From: Anolis carolinensis
Lineage: Eukaryota
DNA length: 58,090 nt
Direction: 5' to 3'
Assembly (NCBI RefSeq): GCF_035594765.1
Contig: NC_085848.1
Span: 5,911-64,000 of the forward strand
In this document: one piece after another, positions 41,707 to 53,699 of the stretch
Numbering within the stretch: the first letter of the stretch is position 1
How the letters are laid out: each line of letters opens with the position of its first letter
The notes under the pieces: generated by a model
The model's database searches: none
What the model saw: the letters and a program-made list of their open reading frames with translations, nothing else
Told to the model about the DNA's origin: nothing
Made by a program: the position numbers and the translations under genes

Positions 41707-44700
41707 TCTGGCCCAGACGCAGCCAAAAGGGACAGAAATCCTTGGAACGTAATTATTTTAGTTTATTACTATATTATTATTATATTTATTAATTGTTATT
41801 ATATTTACATATGAACGCAATGCTCAAGATGTGGCCACAAGAGGGCAGCACTGAGAATGAAAGGATTAGCTCTATAGTTTTATTTTTATTATATTATTAT
41901 TATATTATATATAAATTATTATTATATTATATTCTGGCCCAGATGCAGCCAAAAGGGACAGAAAGGCTTGGAACATAATTATTCTAGTTTATTATTATAT
42001 TTATTTATTGTTATTATATTTACATATGAACGCAATGCTCAAGATGTGGCCACAAGAGGGCAGCACTGAGAATGAAAGGATTAGCTCTATAGTTTTATTT
42101 TTATTATATTGTTATTATATTATATATAAATTATTATTATATTATATTCTGGCCCAGATGCAGCCAAAAGGGACAGAAAGGTTTGTAACGTAATTATTTT
42201 AGATTATTATATTTATTTATTGTTATTATATTTATATATGGACGCAATGCTCAAGATGTGGCCACAAAAGGGCAGCACTGAGAATGAAAGGATTAGCTCT
42301 ATAGTTTTATTTTTATTATATTATTATTATATTATATATAAATTATTATTATATTATATTCTGGCCCAGATGCAGCCAAAAGGGACAGAAATCCTTGGAA
42401 CGTAATTATTTTAGTTTATTACTATATTATTATTATATTTATTAATTGTTATTATATTTACATATGAACGCAATGCTCAAGATGTGGCCACAAGAGGGCA
42501 GCACTGAGAATGAAAGGATTAGCTCTATAGTTTTATTTTTATTATCTATATATATAAAAGAGTGATGGCATCACGGCGACCCACAAAACAACAAAACTAC
42601 AGGCCCCCAACCTCGAAATTTGACAACACAACCCATCATCCACGGCTCTAGGTTGATACAACAAAAAGAAAAGAAAAATAAAGTCCTAATTAGAGGGAGA
42701 GGAATAATTGCTTTTATCCCATTGCTGCCAGTTAGAAGGCTAAGCTCCTCCAACTTTGTCTCCTAGCAGCCCAATAAAAAATAATAAAAAAACTAAAAAT
42801 AATTAAAAACACTAAAAAATTAATACAATAAAATACTATAACAGAAAATAACTAAAAATAATACAAGAAAATAATAAAATATAATAAATAAAAAGATAAC
42901 TTACAATAAAATTAATTAAAAAATACAAATAACCTCACAACCTCTGAGGATGCCTGCCATAGATGTGGGCGAAACGTCAGGAGAGAATGCTTCTGGAACA
43001 TGGCCACACAGCCCGAAAGACATACAACAACCAAATAACCTCAAATAAAAATTACACAACAATTTTTAACCAATACCACCACCACTTTGCCACAGCAACA
43101 CGTGGCCGGGCACAGCTAGTATTATATATAAATATTGTATTATATTATATTCTGGCCCAGATGCAGCCAAAAGGAACAGAAAGGCTTGGAAAGTAATTAT
43201 TTTAGTTTATTATTATATTTATTATATGATATTTATATATTGCTGCAAACCTCAGACATGACCACAAGAGGGCAGCACAGAGATAGAAAGGATCCGCCAT
43301 ATAATTCTTATATTTATTATCTATATATATAAAATGATAAAGTTGTTTGCGCAGTGACTATAACAACAAAACTAAACATCCCAGAAATATGAAATTTGGC
43401 AACACAATACAAAAGGCTTGCCTCCAGGTTACAACAACACAACCACACCACAAAACCACAATCCAGACCCACAAAACTCACAACAACGCATCATGCGATA
43501 ACAACACAACTAAACGCCTCAGAAATACAAAACTTGGCAACACAATGCAAAAGCCTTGCCTCCCAGTTGTAACAACACAACCACACCACAAAACCATACA
43601 GGATCTACAAAACTCACAACAACGCATCGTGACTATAACACAACTAAACGCCCCAGAAATACAAAACTTGGCAACACAACGCAAAAGCCTTCCCTCCAGG
43701 TTGTAACAACACAACCACACCACAAAACCACAATCCGGACCAATAAAACTCACAACAACGCATCGTGACTATAACAACACAACTAAACGCCCCAGGAATA
43801 CGAAACTTGGCACACAACTAAACGCCCCAGAAATATAAAACTTGACAACACAATGCAAAAGCCTTGACTCCCGGTTGTAACAACACAACCACACCACAAA
43901 ACCACAATCCGGACCCACAACACTCACAACAATGCATCGTGACTATAACAACACAACTAAACGTCCCAGAAATACGAAACTTGGCACACAACTAAACGCC
44001 CCAGAAATACAAAATTTGACAACACAACACAAAAGCTTTTTCTCCCGGTTGTAACAACACAACTACACCACAAAACCACAATCCGGACCCACAAAACTCA
44101 CAACAACGCATCGTGACTATAACACAACTAAACGCCCCACAAATACAAAAATTGACAACACAATGCAAAAGCCTTGCCTCCCAGTTGTAAGAACACAACC
44201 ACAACACAAAACCACAATCCGGACCCACAAAACTCACAACAACGCATCATGACTATAACAACACAACTAAACGCCCCAGAAATACGAAACTTGGCAACAA
44301 AACACAAAAGCATTCCCTCCCGATTGTAACAACACAACCACACCACAAAACCACAATCCGGACCCACAAAACTCACAACAGTGCATCGTGACTATAACAA
44401 CACAACTAAATGCCCCAGAAATACAAAACTTGGCACACAACTAAACGCCCCAGAAATACAAAACTTGGCAACACAACACAAAAGCCTTGCCTCTCAGTTG
44501 TAACAACACAACCACACCACAAAACCACAATCCGGACCCACAAAACTCACAACAACGCATTGTGACTATAACAAATACAAAATTTGACAACACAATTCAT
44601 CCACCTCCCCAATCCCTACATTCACACTTGGCCTCCAAAAAAAAACAATTACAATAATAACAATGACAAGAACAACAACAATAAGAATCAACACCATCAC

Positions 44701-46151
44701 AGGCAAGAAACAGCCAGGCACTGAGGCTGAGAGGCCAGTCAGTGCTACACTGAGCCTCCAAAAAACAATACAGTAGCCTCTAACTTATCCAACCTTCATG
44801 ACCACAACAACAACAATAATAATAAACACCTTCACAGGCAAAACAAAAAAAAGACTATTGTACCACAATGAAAATATAAACCGCACTCAGCAGAATCAGA
44901 CATTACAACTAACAACAAACCAAAGACAACAGGGATCTCAAGCAATTATCAATCAACACAAAAATTAAAGAAGGTAACAGACTTCAAATACTACTACTAA
45001 TGTGAGTATAAAGAAGGGTGGAGGTCACAGCACAAATACAACCTCATGTAGACTGACCAACACCAACAGACTAAGCCACAGCAACGCGTGGCCGGGCACA
45101 GCTAGTATTTACTATATTATTATACTATTACAATAATACGATGCTATACCTGGGTGGTGGCGGGAGGGGCCTCTGGACGCTGAAGCAGAGGCCGTGGGCT
45201 TGGCCGGGGCCGTGGTAGGGGTCTTGGCCCAAGATCACCACTTTCACCTGGTTGGAAAGACAGAAAGGAAGGAAGGCAGGTTCAGCCACACTCATGCATG
45301 AGGGAAGGCACCACTTGATCCCTCCCGGCAGATGGCCTGGCAGCCCCTCACCTGGTGGATGTCGCACATCTGGGTCCAGGTGAAGACCTGGTGCGGTGGA
45401 GGGAACACCGTGTGGCGGCGGCGCTCCTCGGCCACAAAGGACATCAGCTGGTTGGTTTGGGGAGAAAGATGAATTATTATTATTACTACATTATTGTATT
45501 ATTATTGAATCATAATTGATGTTAATGTTATCTATATATATAAAAGAGTGATGGCATCAGGGCAGCGGACAAAACAAAAAAACTACAGACCCTCCAACCT
45601 CGAAATTTGACAACACAACCCATCATCCACGCCTCTAGGTTGATACAACAAAAAGAAAAGAAAAATAAAGTCCTAATTAGAGAGAGAGGAATAATTGTTT
45701 TTATCCAATTGCTGCCAGTTACAAGGCTAAGTTCCGCCCTAAGGTTAGCAGATACCCCTAAGGATCATCCAGTTCAACTTCCTTATATCATGCAGGAGGA
45801 CACAATCCAACCACTCCTGACAGATGGCCATCCAATATCTGCACAATAATAACACACATCGAATCATAGCATCAGACAGTTAGGAGACACCCCTAAAGGC
45901 CACCCAGTCCAACCCAATTCTGCCATGCAGGACACAAGCCAAGCACTCCCAACAGATGGCCACCCAGCCTCTCAATACTAATACTAATAATAATAATAAT
46001 AATATCATCATACAATCCTAAGGTTTGGAGTGACCCCTAAGGATCATCCAGATCAACTTCCTTCTACCATGCAAGAGGACACAATCTAAGCACTCCTGAC
46101 AGATGGCCATCCAGCCTCTACATAGTGATGATGATGATGATGATAATGATG

Positions 46152-46184
<33 letters not shown>

Positions 46185-49100
46185 GAAGCATAGAATCCAA
46201 GAGTTTGGAGAGACCCCTAAGGGCCATCCAGCCCAACCCTTTCTACTATGCAGCAGGACACAATCCAAGCATTCACAACACATGGACAACGTATACTATA
46301 CAATACTACACAGGGACATAGACCCCCTCTACCCTCACCACTTTCACAGTACACAAACAACCAAATGCCTACTAAACATAAAGACAACCACACAACAGAC
46401 ATTCAATACCACCACTACCTCAACCATTTCTCACCAACACCACCAGACAATGCCACAGCAACGCGTGGCCGGGCACAGCTAGTTATTATATATAATAATT
46501 ACTACATATTACTATAACATCATTGATATTATCTTATCTATATAAAAGAGTGATGGCATCACGGCAGCGGACAAAACAACAAAAGTAAACACCCCACAAC
46601 CTCGAAAATTGACATCACAACCCCTCATCCACGCCTCTAGGTTGATACAACAAAAAGAAAAGAAAAATAAAGTCCTAATTAGAGGGAGAGGAATAATTGT
46701 TTTTACCCAATTGCTGCCAGTTAGAAGGCTAAGCTCTGCCCACTTGGTCTCCTAGCAACCCACTCAGCCCAGGTGACCCTTTACCTTAACTACCACCAAT
46801 TCCTCAATACTTTATTTCTCATACCACCACACTTCGCCACAGCAACGCGTGGCTGGGCACAGCTAGTTATTATATATGATAATAGAATTGACATTATATT
46901 CTTATTGCGTATTATTAAAATAGAATTGCTAAAACATAATCATTATTTTTATATATTATTATAATTTATATTAATCTATTACTTGTATAATTGATATTAT
47001 ATTATTATTGTACCTTATCATAACAGAATGGATATTACTCTGTTATTATATGACAGAATTGATAACATAATATTATTATTGCACATTATTACAACAGAAT
47101 TGAAATTATTATATTATTATTGCATGTTATTATAATAGAATTGATATTATTTTATTATATATTATAATAATCTAATTGATATTTTATTATTATTATAATA
47201 GAATTGATATCATTCTATTTTTATTGCATATTGTTATATTATATTATTATTGCATATAATAATATAATTGATATTGTATATTATTACAATACAATTGATA
47301 TTATCACATCATTATTTTATTACATATTATAACATAATTGATATTACTCTATCATTATTATATAACAGAATTGATATTAAAATATTATTGCACATTATTA
47401 GAATAGAATTGATATTATTGTACTATTAAATTTAGAATTGATATTGCTATATTATTATTGTATATTAGTATGATTGATATTATCACATCATCATTATATT
47501 ATATATTATAACATATTACAGTAGAGTCTCACTTATCCAAGCTAAACGGGCCGGCAGAAGCTTGGATAAGCAAGTATCTTGGATAATGAGGGATTAAGGA
47601 AAAGCCTATTAAACATCAAATTAGGTTATGATTTTACAAATTAAGCACCTAAACATCATGTTATACAACATATTTGACAGAAAAAGGTAGTTCAATATGC
47701 AGTAATGTTATGTTGTAATTACTGTATTTACAAATTTAGCACCAAAATATCACGATATATTGAAAATATTGACAACAAAAATGTGTTGGATAATCCAGAA
47801 CGTTGGATAAGTGAGACTCTACTGTATCATTATTCTATTTTATGATATGATGATGATGTTTCTGGAACTGAAGTTTATTATTATTACTATTACTATTATT
47901 ATTCTGTGTGATACTATGTATAATATATTATGTATACATATAATATGAATTATTATTATTCTATTTTATGATATGATGATGATGTTCTGAACCTGAAGTT
48001 ATTATTATTATTCTATTTTATGATATGATGATGATGTTTCTGGACCTGAAGTTTATTATTATTACTATTACTATTATTATTCTGTGGGATACTATGTATA
48101 ATATATTATGTATACATATAATATGAATTATTATTATTCTATTTTATGATATGATGATGATGTTCTGAACCTGAAGTTATTATTATTATTCTATTTTATG
48201 ATATGATGATGATGTTTCTGGACCTGAAGTTTATTATTATTACTATTACTATTATTATTCTGTGGGATACTATGTATAATATATTATGTATACATATAAT
48301 ATGAATTATTATTATTCTATTTTATGATATGATGATGATGTTCTGAACCTGAAGTTATTATTATTATTCTATTTTATGATATGATGATGATGTTTCTGGA
48401 ACTGAAGTTTATTATTATTACTATTACTATTATTATTCTGTGTGATACTATGTATAATATATTATGTATACATATAATATGAATTATTATTATTCTATTT
48501 TATGATATGATGATGATGTTCTGAACCTGAAGTTATTATTATTATTCTATTTTATGATATGATGATGATGTTTCTGGAACTGAAGTTTATTATTATTACT
48601 ATTACTATTATTATTCTGTGTGATACTATGTATAATATATTATGTATACATATAATATGAATTATTATTATTCTATTTTATGATATGATGATGATGTTCT
48701 GAACCTGAAGTTATTATTATTATTCTATTTTATGATATGATGATGATGTTTCTGGAACTGAAGTTTATTATTATTACTATTACTATTATTATTCTGTGGG
48801 ATACTATGTATAATATATTATGTATACATATAATATGAATTATTATTATTCTATTTTATGATATGATGATGATGTTCTGAACCTGAAGTTATTATTATTA
48901 TTCTATTTTATGATATGATGATGATGTTTCTGGACCTGAAGTTTATTATTATTGTTATTACTATTATTATTCTGTGTGATATGTATAATATAAAATAATA
49001 TTATGTATACATATAATATGAATTATTATAATTATTCTATTTTATGATATGATGATGACATATAATATGAATTATTTATTATTATGACTGGGTACCTGGT

Positions 49101-50288
49101 GGAAGTAGGGTTTGTGGAACTCGGGTTCGAGGGCGGCCTTCCAGGCGGGGGCGATGTGTTCGGGGGCGAGGCCTGCTCCAGCTCCTCCTCCTCGGGCGCG
49201 GGCCAGGCGCAGCCTCTCCTGGGCGGCCTCCTTGTTCCTCCGGATGCGCTCGACCAGCTCCGGGCTGAGCGGGGCTCCGGCCTCGTCGGCCTTGGCCCTC
49301 TTGCAGGGCTGCCAGACAGGCAAGCACACCCTCAGCAAGGCCCGCAACCGCCCCATCAAAACAAAGCCCGCACTTCCGCACACGTGGAGGCGGGCGCGGG
49401 AAAAAAACACACCAAAACACGCCCTCCCAGGCCCCCATTGGCCCGCTGCCTCCCTAAGCCCCGCCCTCCCTCTGCCTCATTGGGTGAACCGTACCTACTA
49501 ATGAGCATCGCTCCGCCCCCGCTTCCTGATTGGCTGTGGTTCCTCCCCGTGGGATATTGAGAATAATACATGGAATCCACGCCCCTCCTAGCTCCTCATT
49601 GGCTCGCCAGGAGGAAAGGTCCCGCCTCCAACCCCCTCCCGTCTCCTGATTGGGAGATAAGGAACACTGATTTTAGAGATGGATAAGGTGCTACACTGAA
49701 GCCACGCCCCTCCTAGCGTCCCATTGGCTCACCAGGAGGGAAAGTACAGCCCTCATTGGACAGAACCGCCCCTCCAGACTCCTGATTGGCAGGCAAGGAA
49801 AAAATGGCTCCTCCCCTTTGGGAGAGGCTGGCATGGATGATAAAATATACTATTTCCCGCTCAAACAGAAGCCGCGTTCCCATTGGTCGCTCAGGAGGAA
49901 AGGTCCCGCCTCCACCCCGCCCTCATTGGACGGAACCGCCCCTCCAGACTCCTGATTGACAGGCGAGTAACATTGTGGCTCCAGCCCATTGGGAATAGAT
50001 GAGGTAAAGTGTACTATTTCCCGCCCAAACAGAAGCCGCGTTCCCATTGGTGGATAGGGAGGAAATGTCCCGCCTCCGCCCCGCCCTCATTGGATAAAAT
50101 CGCTTTGGCCCCGCCCATCCTGCTTTCTGATTGGCTGTCCCTGTAAGGAGCCTCTTTTTCCTCAGAAAAGCCAAAAATACCCCGAATTCTACCTTCTCTT
50201 CGGCGTCTCCATTGTCTTCCGACGGGCGGCTCCACTTCTCGGCGGCGACCGGGGAGAAGAAAGAGCGCAGGGTCCTCTGCCCGATCAT
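29640..50288 (-). CDS. UNG: Uracil-DNA glycosylase, nuclear isoform UNG2: exons 50193-50288, 49096-49308, 45352-45447, 45150-45247, 41302-41390, 34842-35020, 29640-29780 (~303 aa)
   Basis: The N-terminus [11 protein letters not shown] carries a PIP box and [16 protein letters not shown] is the RPA-binding helix. Catalytic motifs [39 protein letters not shown] and [11 protein letters not shown] are present. Exon sizes 96/98/89/179/141 nt have GT-AG junctions and consistent phases. Confidence 0.96.
29915..31570 (+). mobile_element. Degenerate 5'-truncated R4/Dong-type LINE in the last UNG intron
   Basis: [14 protein letters not shown]...[14 protein letters not shown] (RT thumb region), LILAAQEQ, the CRLC/HILSCC knuckle and endonuclease are present with stops and internal duplications. 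The 3' end gctgtgtca is followed by a (TAA)n tail. Confidence 0.85.
30172..30650 (+). repeat. 37-bp tandem repeat (x~13) inside the LINE coding sequence
   Basis: cagtacaagaaaaccgcactacaaactagagcagaat repeated. Confidence 0.9.
31481..34810 (+). repeat. Array of ~26 copies of the LINE 3'-terminal ~90 bp separated by variable (TAA/TGA)n
   Basis: acatcacacagtcctagacactt(a/g)ggaagtgttccacttgtgattttgtgatatgaaatccagcatatctatcttgtttgctgtgtca followed by a TAA tract. Confidence 0.92.
35227..35694 (+). mobile_element. Non-autonomous Helitron
   Basis: TCTATATATATAAAAGAGTG...CCGGGCACAGCTAG at an A|T site. Confidence 0.8.
38321..38787 (+). mobile_element. Non-autonomous Helitron
   Basis: Same termini; near-identical to 35227-35694. 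Confidence 0.8.
39236..39709 (+). mobile_element. Non-autonomous Helitron
   Basis: Same termini and family. Confidence 0.8.
42545..43119 (+). mobile_element. Non-autonomous Helitron with nested Penelope-like terminus (42938-43031)
   Basis: Same termini. Compared with the 39236 copy it has a ~95-bp insert flanked by duplicated caaataacctca. Confidence 0.8.
42941..42981 (+). ncRNA. Minimal type I hammerhead ribozyme motif (second copy)
   Basis: Same 41-nt sequence as 10315-10355, inside a ~95-bp Penelope-like terminus. Confidence 0.75.
43320..45105 (+). mobile_element. Longer (~1.8 kb) non-autonomous Helitron with internal C/A-rich tandem repeats
   Basis: 5' TCTATATATATAAAATG and 3' GCAACGCGTGGCCGGGCACAGCTAG. 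Internal ~120-bp units (acaactaaacgccccagaaatac...) span 43350-44590. Confidence 0.75.
45531..46482 (+). mobile_element. Non-autonomous Helitron
   Basis: TC...CTAG termini with internal degenerate repeats (gacccctaagg...catccag). Confidence 0.75.
46537..46866 (+). mobile_element. Non-autonomous Helitron
   Basis: TCTATATAAAAGAGTGATGG...GGCTGGGCACAGCTAG. Confidence 0.75.
47519..47824. mobile_element. Tc1/mariner-superfamily MITE (opposite orientation)
   Basis: Same TIRs and TA flanks; the interior is the reverse complement of the other two copies. Confidence 0.85.
47826..49080. repeat. ~178-bp tandem repeat (x~7) abutting the UNG exon 1B donor
   Basis: Repeated attctattttatgatatgatgatgatgtt...ctgaagtt. 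Confidence 0.85.
49096..49356 (-). CDS. UNG: UNG exon 1B: alternative first coding exon for mitochondrial UNG1 ([16 protein letters not shown] leader; isoform ~287 aa)
   Basis: The in-frame ATG at 49356 lies 48 nt upstream of an internal acceptor (gcttgcctgtctggcag|CCC at 49308) that UNG2 exon 1A can splice into. The leader is Arg/Leu-rich with no acidic residues. This mirrors the mammalian UNG1/UNG2 organisation. Confidence 0.75.
49400..50150 (-). promoter_or_regulatory. UNG: Internal UNG promoter (for exon 1B) built of degenerate CCAAT/GC-box modules
   Basis: More than ten ATTGG (CCAAT) boxes, multiple CCGCC/CCGCCC GC boxes, and E2F-type TTTCCCGC at 49853 and 50017, all lying between exons 1A and 1B. 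Confidence 0.65.
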
Positions 50289-50515
50289 GGCGGCTCCTCC
50301 TCCGCGTCTCGGTTTGTCTGTAAGCTCGAAATTGGCGCGGAAAGCACTGCGCATGCGCGGTCTCTCTCAGCGACGTGCGGGTGGGATTTGGTTACGTCCG
50401 CGCGTGCGCAGTGCGAGCCCTGCTTCTTGAGGCGAGATGGATTTGCGCACTCGGGTAGCTGTGCGCATGCGCCGTGCCTTCCTTGAGAGCCAGGAATTGG
50501 TGTGAGGCTGAGAGA
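50289..50515. promoter_or_regulatory. Bidirectional CpG-island promoter shared by UNG2 and ALKBH2
   Basis: CpG-rich, with an E2F-type TTGGCGCGGAAA (50332-50343) and NRF1 palindromes TGCGCATGCGC (50348-50358, 50462-50472). The two genes diverge from here, as in mammals. Confidence 0.75.
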
Positions 50516-50769
50516 CTGTGACTATTTATCTCTATATTCATATACTATTGCTGTATTTTCTACAGTTATATTATTTATACTATTACTGCATTGTTGCACT
50601 ATACCGTAAGGCCTATTATATATATATATATTTATGCTTTTTTGATATATTATTTGTAATATATTACTTCATGGTATTAGGCCTATTTTTAGCATATTAA
50701 TATATTATTATATTGCTCATTACACTATAGTATATGACATTAATCTATTATATAATATTGTAATATACA

Positions 50770-50812
<43 letters not shown>

Positions 50813-51188
50813 AGGTTTATGTTAATATTATAATATATATATACATATAGATCTAGTATCATATATTATAAGATGGTTATTGTATATTGTTTTATAATAA
50901 TATTATATGATAATATTATAGTACAGTAATATATTATTTTATATTCTATTATATTTATATTCTATTGTTATACCCTATTATTATAATTGATTATATTATA
51001 TTGCTATATTATAATTTTAATATTATTTTACCCGATCATACTATTATGTTTTATTATATATTATAGTTATACTCTATTATTGTTATCTTATTATTATACC
51101 ATATATTATTTTTATTCTACCATATAATATAATTATTATATGGTAGAATATATACTGTAAAATATATCATATATATAATTGTAATATA

Positions 51189-51229
<41 letters not shown>

Positions 51230-52089
51230 ATATATAATGATTGTTATATCATATGTATTATACCATATTATTATATTATACCATATTATACCAAATTCTA
51301 TTTTTATAATTAAATTATTATATTATACCAAATTATTATTATTATTAACTGCATTTCTATACTGTTTTTCACACCCCTGGGGGGGGGGACTCAAAGCGGT
51401 TTACAACATAATAAATTGCAACATTCAATGCTTTACATATATATAAAAATATCACATATCTAAATCAAAAACATACAACTGTAGATTAAAACCATTAAAA
51501 CTATAAAAACATCAAACATAGACATGCATGAAACATGTTATTACAGCAATTAACATAGATCCCTTCTCTCTAATTATGTTGCATTATTATATTATTATAT
51601 CATATCATATTATAATTATATTATGCCATGATATATTATATTGTTAATTATTTTGTTATTATACCATAGTATATAACATATTGCATTATAATATATTGTT
51701 ATTATACTATTTATTTATTTTATTAGCAACATTTATATTCCACCCTTCTCACCCCGAAGGGGACTCAGGGCGGCTTACAAGTCATATGTACATACAATAT
51801 ATTATATTATTCGTATAGTACAATATAAGCATTATATATTGCGATATTGTACTATAACACTATATTGTAATATTATTAGTAATACTACATGTAATATAAA
51901 TATACCATTATAATAGTGTATTATTATTGTATTGTATTACATTATTAAATATATTACTGCTGTTATTATTATTATATCATATTATTATTTTGTACTGTTG
52001 ATTTTATATAATTGTACCATATTAAATAATTGTATTATTATATTATTATGCCATATAATATTCAAATATATTATTATTATTATTCACAC

Positions 52090-52562
52090 AACGACATAGT
52101 ATGACACAGCAAACAAGATAGATATGCTGGATTTCGTATCACAAAATCACAAGTCGAACACTTCCCAAGTGTCTAGGACTGTGTGATGTATTTTCGGATG
52201 ATGCTGCAGATCCCAGCAGGGTGGCCTTTTGCAGTTGGCAGATCGTAATTTTGTCAATGTCTATTGTTTCCAAATGCCGTCTGAGATCTTGTGGCACGGC
52301 ACTCAAGGATCAGGCCTTCTGTCTCCTTCTTCAGGGTCCCATTCGTGAGCCAGAGCCAGATCTTCCCCTTATCAGCTTTTCCTTCAATTTTGTCAAGGAA
52401 CTTTCCATGCAATGTTTTGTTGTGCCAGCTGTCAGCTCTAGTTTGTAGTGCGGTTTTCTTGTACTGATTCTGCTCTAGTTTGTAGTGCGGTTTTCTTGTA
52501 CTGATTCTGCTCTAGTTTGTAGTGCGGTTTTCTTGTACTGGTTTTTTGTCTGCTGTGCTTTT
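52090..52562 (-). mobile_element. Internally deleted R4/Dong-type LINE fragment upstream of ALKBH2 coding exons
   Basis: Reverse complement of parts of 30150-31570, including the 3' UTR and the 37-bp internal repeat. Confidence 0.8.
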
Positions 52563-52636
52563 ATAATAATAATTATTATTATTACATTAACCTGGTGCTT
52601 GTTCCTTTCCTTTCCTGGGTAAGTAACTAACAGAGG

Positions 52637-53517
52637 ATGGACAAATTCCTGATCAAGGCCGGAAAGAACCAAAGGGAGAAGGGTGGAGCGTGGGAGGGAA
52701 AGGAAACCCCCTGGAAGGAAATCCGGTCCGAAGGCCTCCATTGCGACTATAGGATCCTTTTTGGCAAAAAAGAAGCGGACGGGATCCTTCTTGAACTCGA
52801 GCGGGACATCGAGTATTTGCAAGGTACGCCGACGACACCGTAGCCACGTTCAACTGAATGGGCGGCCGGACAAAAGTTTCATTATTTTCTCTCTCTTCGG
52901 AACAGAGGACTTGGCCAAGCTGTATGTCTTTGGGAAGTGGCACAAGGCCCCGCGCCAGCAGGCGGCCTATGGGGAGCCAGGGCTGAGCTACACCTATTCA
53001 GGGGCCACCTTCTCCCCAAAGCCCTGGGTCCCCATCCTGCAGCACCTCCGGGAGCGTGTCCAGGAGGCCATTGGGCACAGCTTCAATTTCGTCCTCGTAA
53101 ACAGGTGATTTGATGGGATTTAGAGCTGGGGAAGAGAGAAAATAGGGCCTCTCAGAGCTGGAGAAGGGAGAAATCTGAGCTCTCCTTTCTGGCAGGTACA
53201 AGGATGGCCGGGATCGCATGGGGGAGCACCGGGACGATGAGCGGGAGCTGGAGCCACGCAGCCCCATCGCCTCACTCTCCTTCGGGGCCGAGCGGGACTT
53301 CGTCTTCCGGCACTGCAGCGGCGGCAAAGGCGGCCGCCCTGCCCCCGGCCACCCTGCCCCCGTCTGGTTGCGCCTGGGGCACGGGAGCCTCCTGGTGATG
53401 CACTTCCCCACCAACCGGCACTGGCGCCATGGCCTTCCTGCCCGAAGGGGGGTTGTGGGCCCCCGGGTCAACCTCACCTTTCGGGACATCCGGGGCAGTG
53501 GCCATCTTGGCCCGTGA
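52637..53517 (+). CDS. ALKBH2: DNA oxidative demethylase ALKBH2, exons 52637-52823, 52906-53104, 53196-53517 (~235 aa)
   Basis: N-terminal APIM PCNA-binding motif MDKFLIK, then YVFGKWH, YTYSG, FNFVLVNRYKDG, the HxD motif GEHRDDE, distal His in WRHGLP, and RVNLTFR. Junctions are GT-AG and in phase. AATAAA at 53567-53572. Confidence 0.95.
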
Positions 53518-53699
53518 ATATATTGCCCAGAGACTTGAGTCATAGCAAATTGTTTCCTATATTCATAATAAAGGAGATATATTATATATGAAGACAATGT
53601 GTATTTGTATTAGTAATATAAGAGTATTCCACTAAAAGGGACTGCATCGATGGACCCTTTCCGTTGAATCCTTGACGAACCCCTCAAATGACCCTCGAT

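Larger units (their letters stand above)
41440..43310. repeat. ~215-bp tandem repeat in UNG intron
   Basis: Repeated gcaatgctcaagatgtggccacaagagggcagcactgag and ctggcccagatgcagccaaaagggacagaaa. Confidence 0.8.

Noticed and set aside
43347-44376. Thr/His/Gln-rich and Cys/Val-rich ORFs
   Set aside because: Internal tandem repeats of a non-autonomous Helitron; no Rep/helicase motifs.
52610-52636. GTAAGT donor-like site just upstream of the ALKBH2 start exon acceptor
   Set aside because: No supportable upstream exon, and it is too close to the acceptor to define an intron; cannot be evaluated without transcripts.
29640-53517. UNG + ALKBH2 as a novel DNA-repair gene cluster
   Set aside because: The head-to-head UNG/ALKBH2 arrangement is already known in mammals, so it is conserved synteny rather than a new system.
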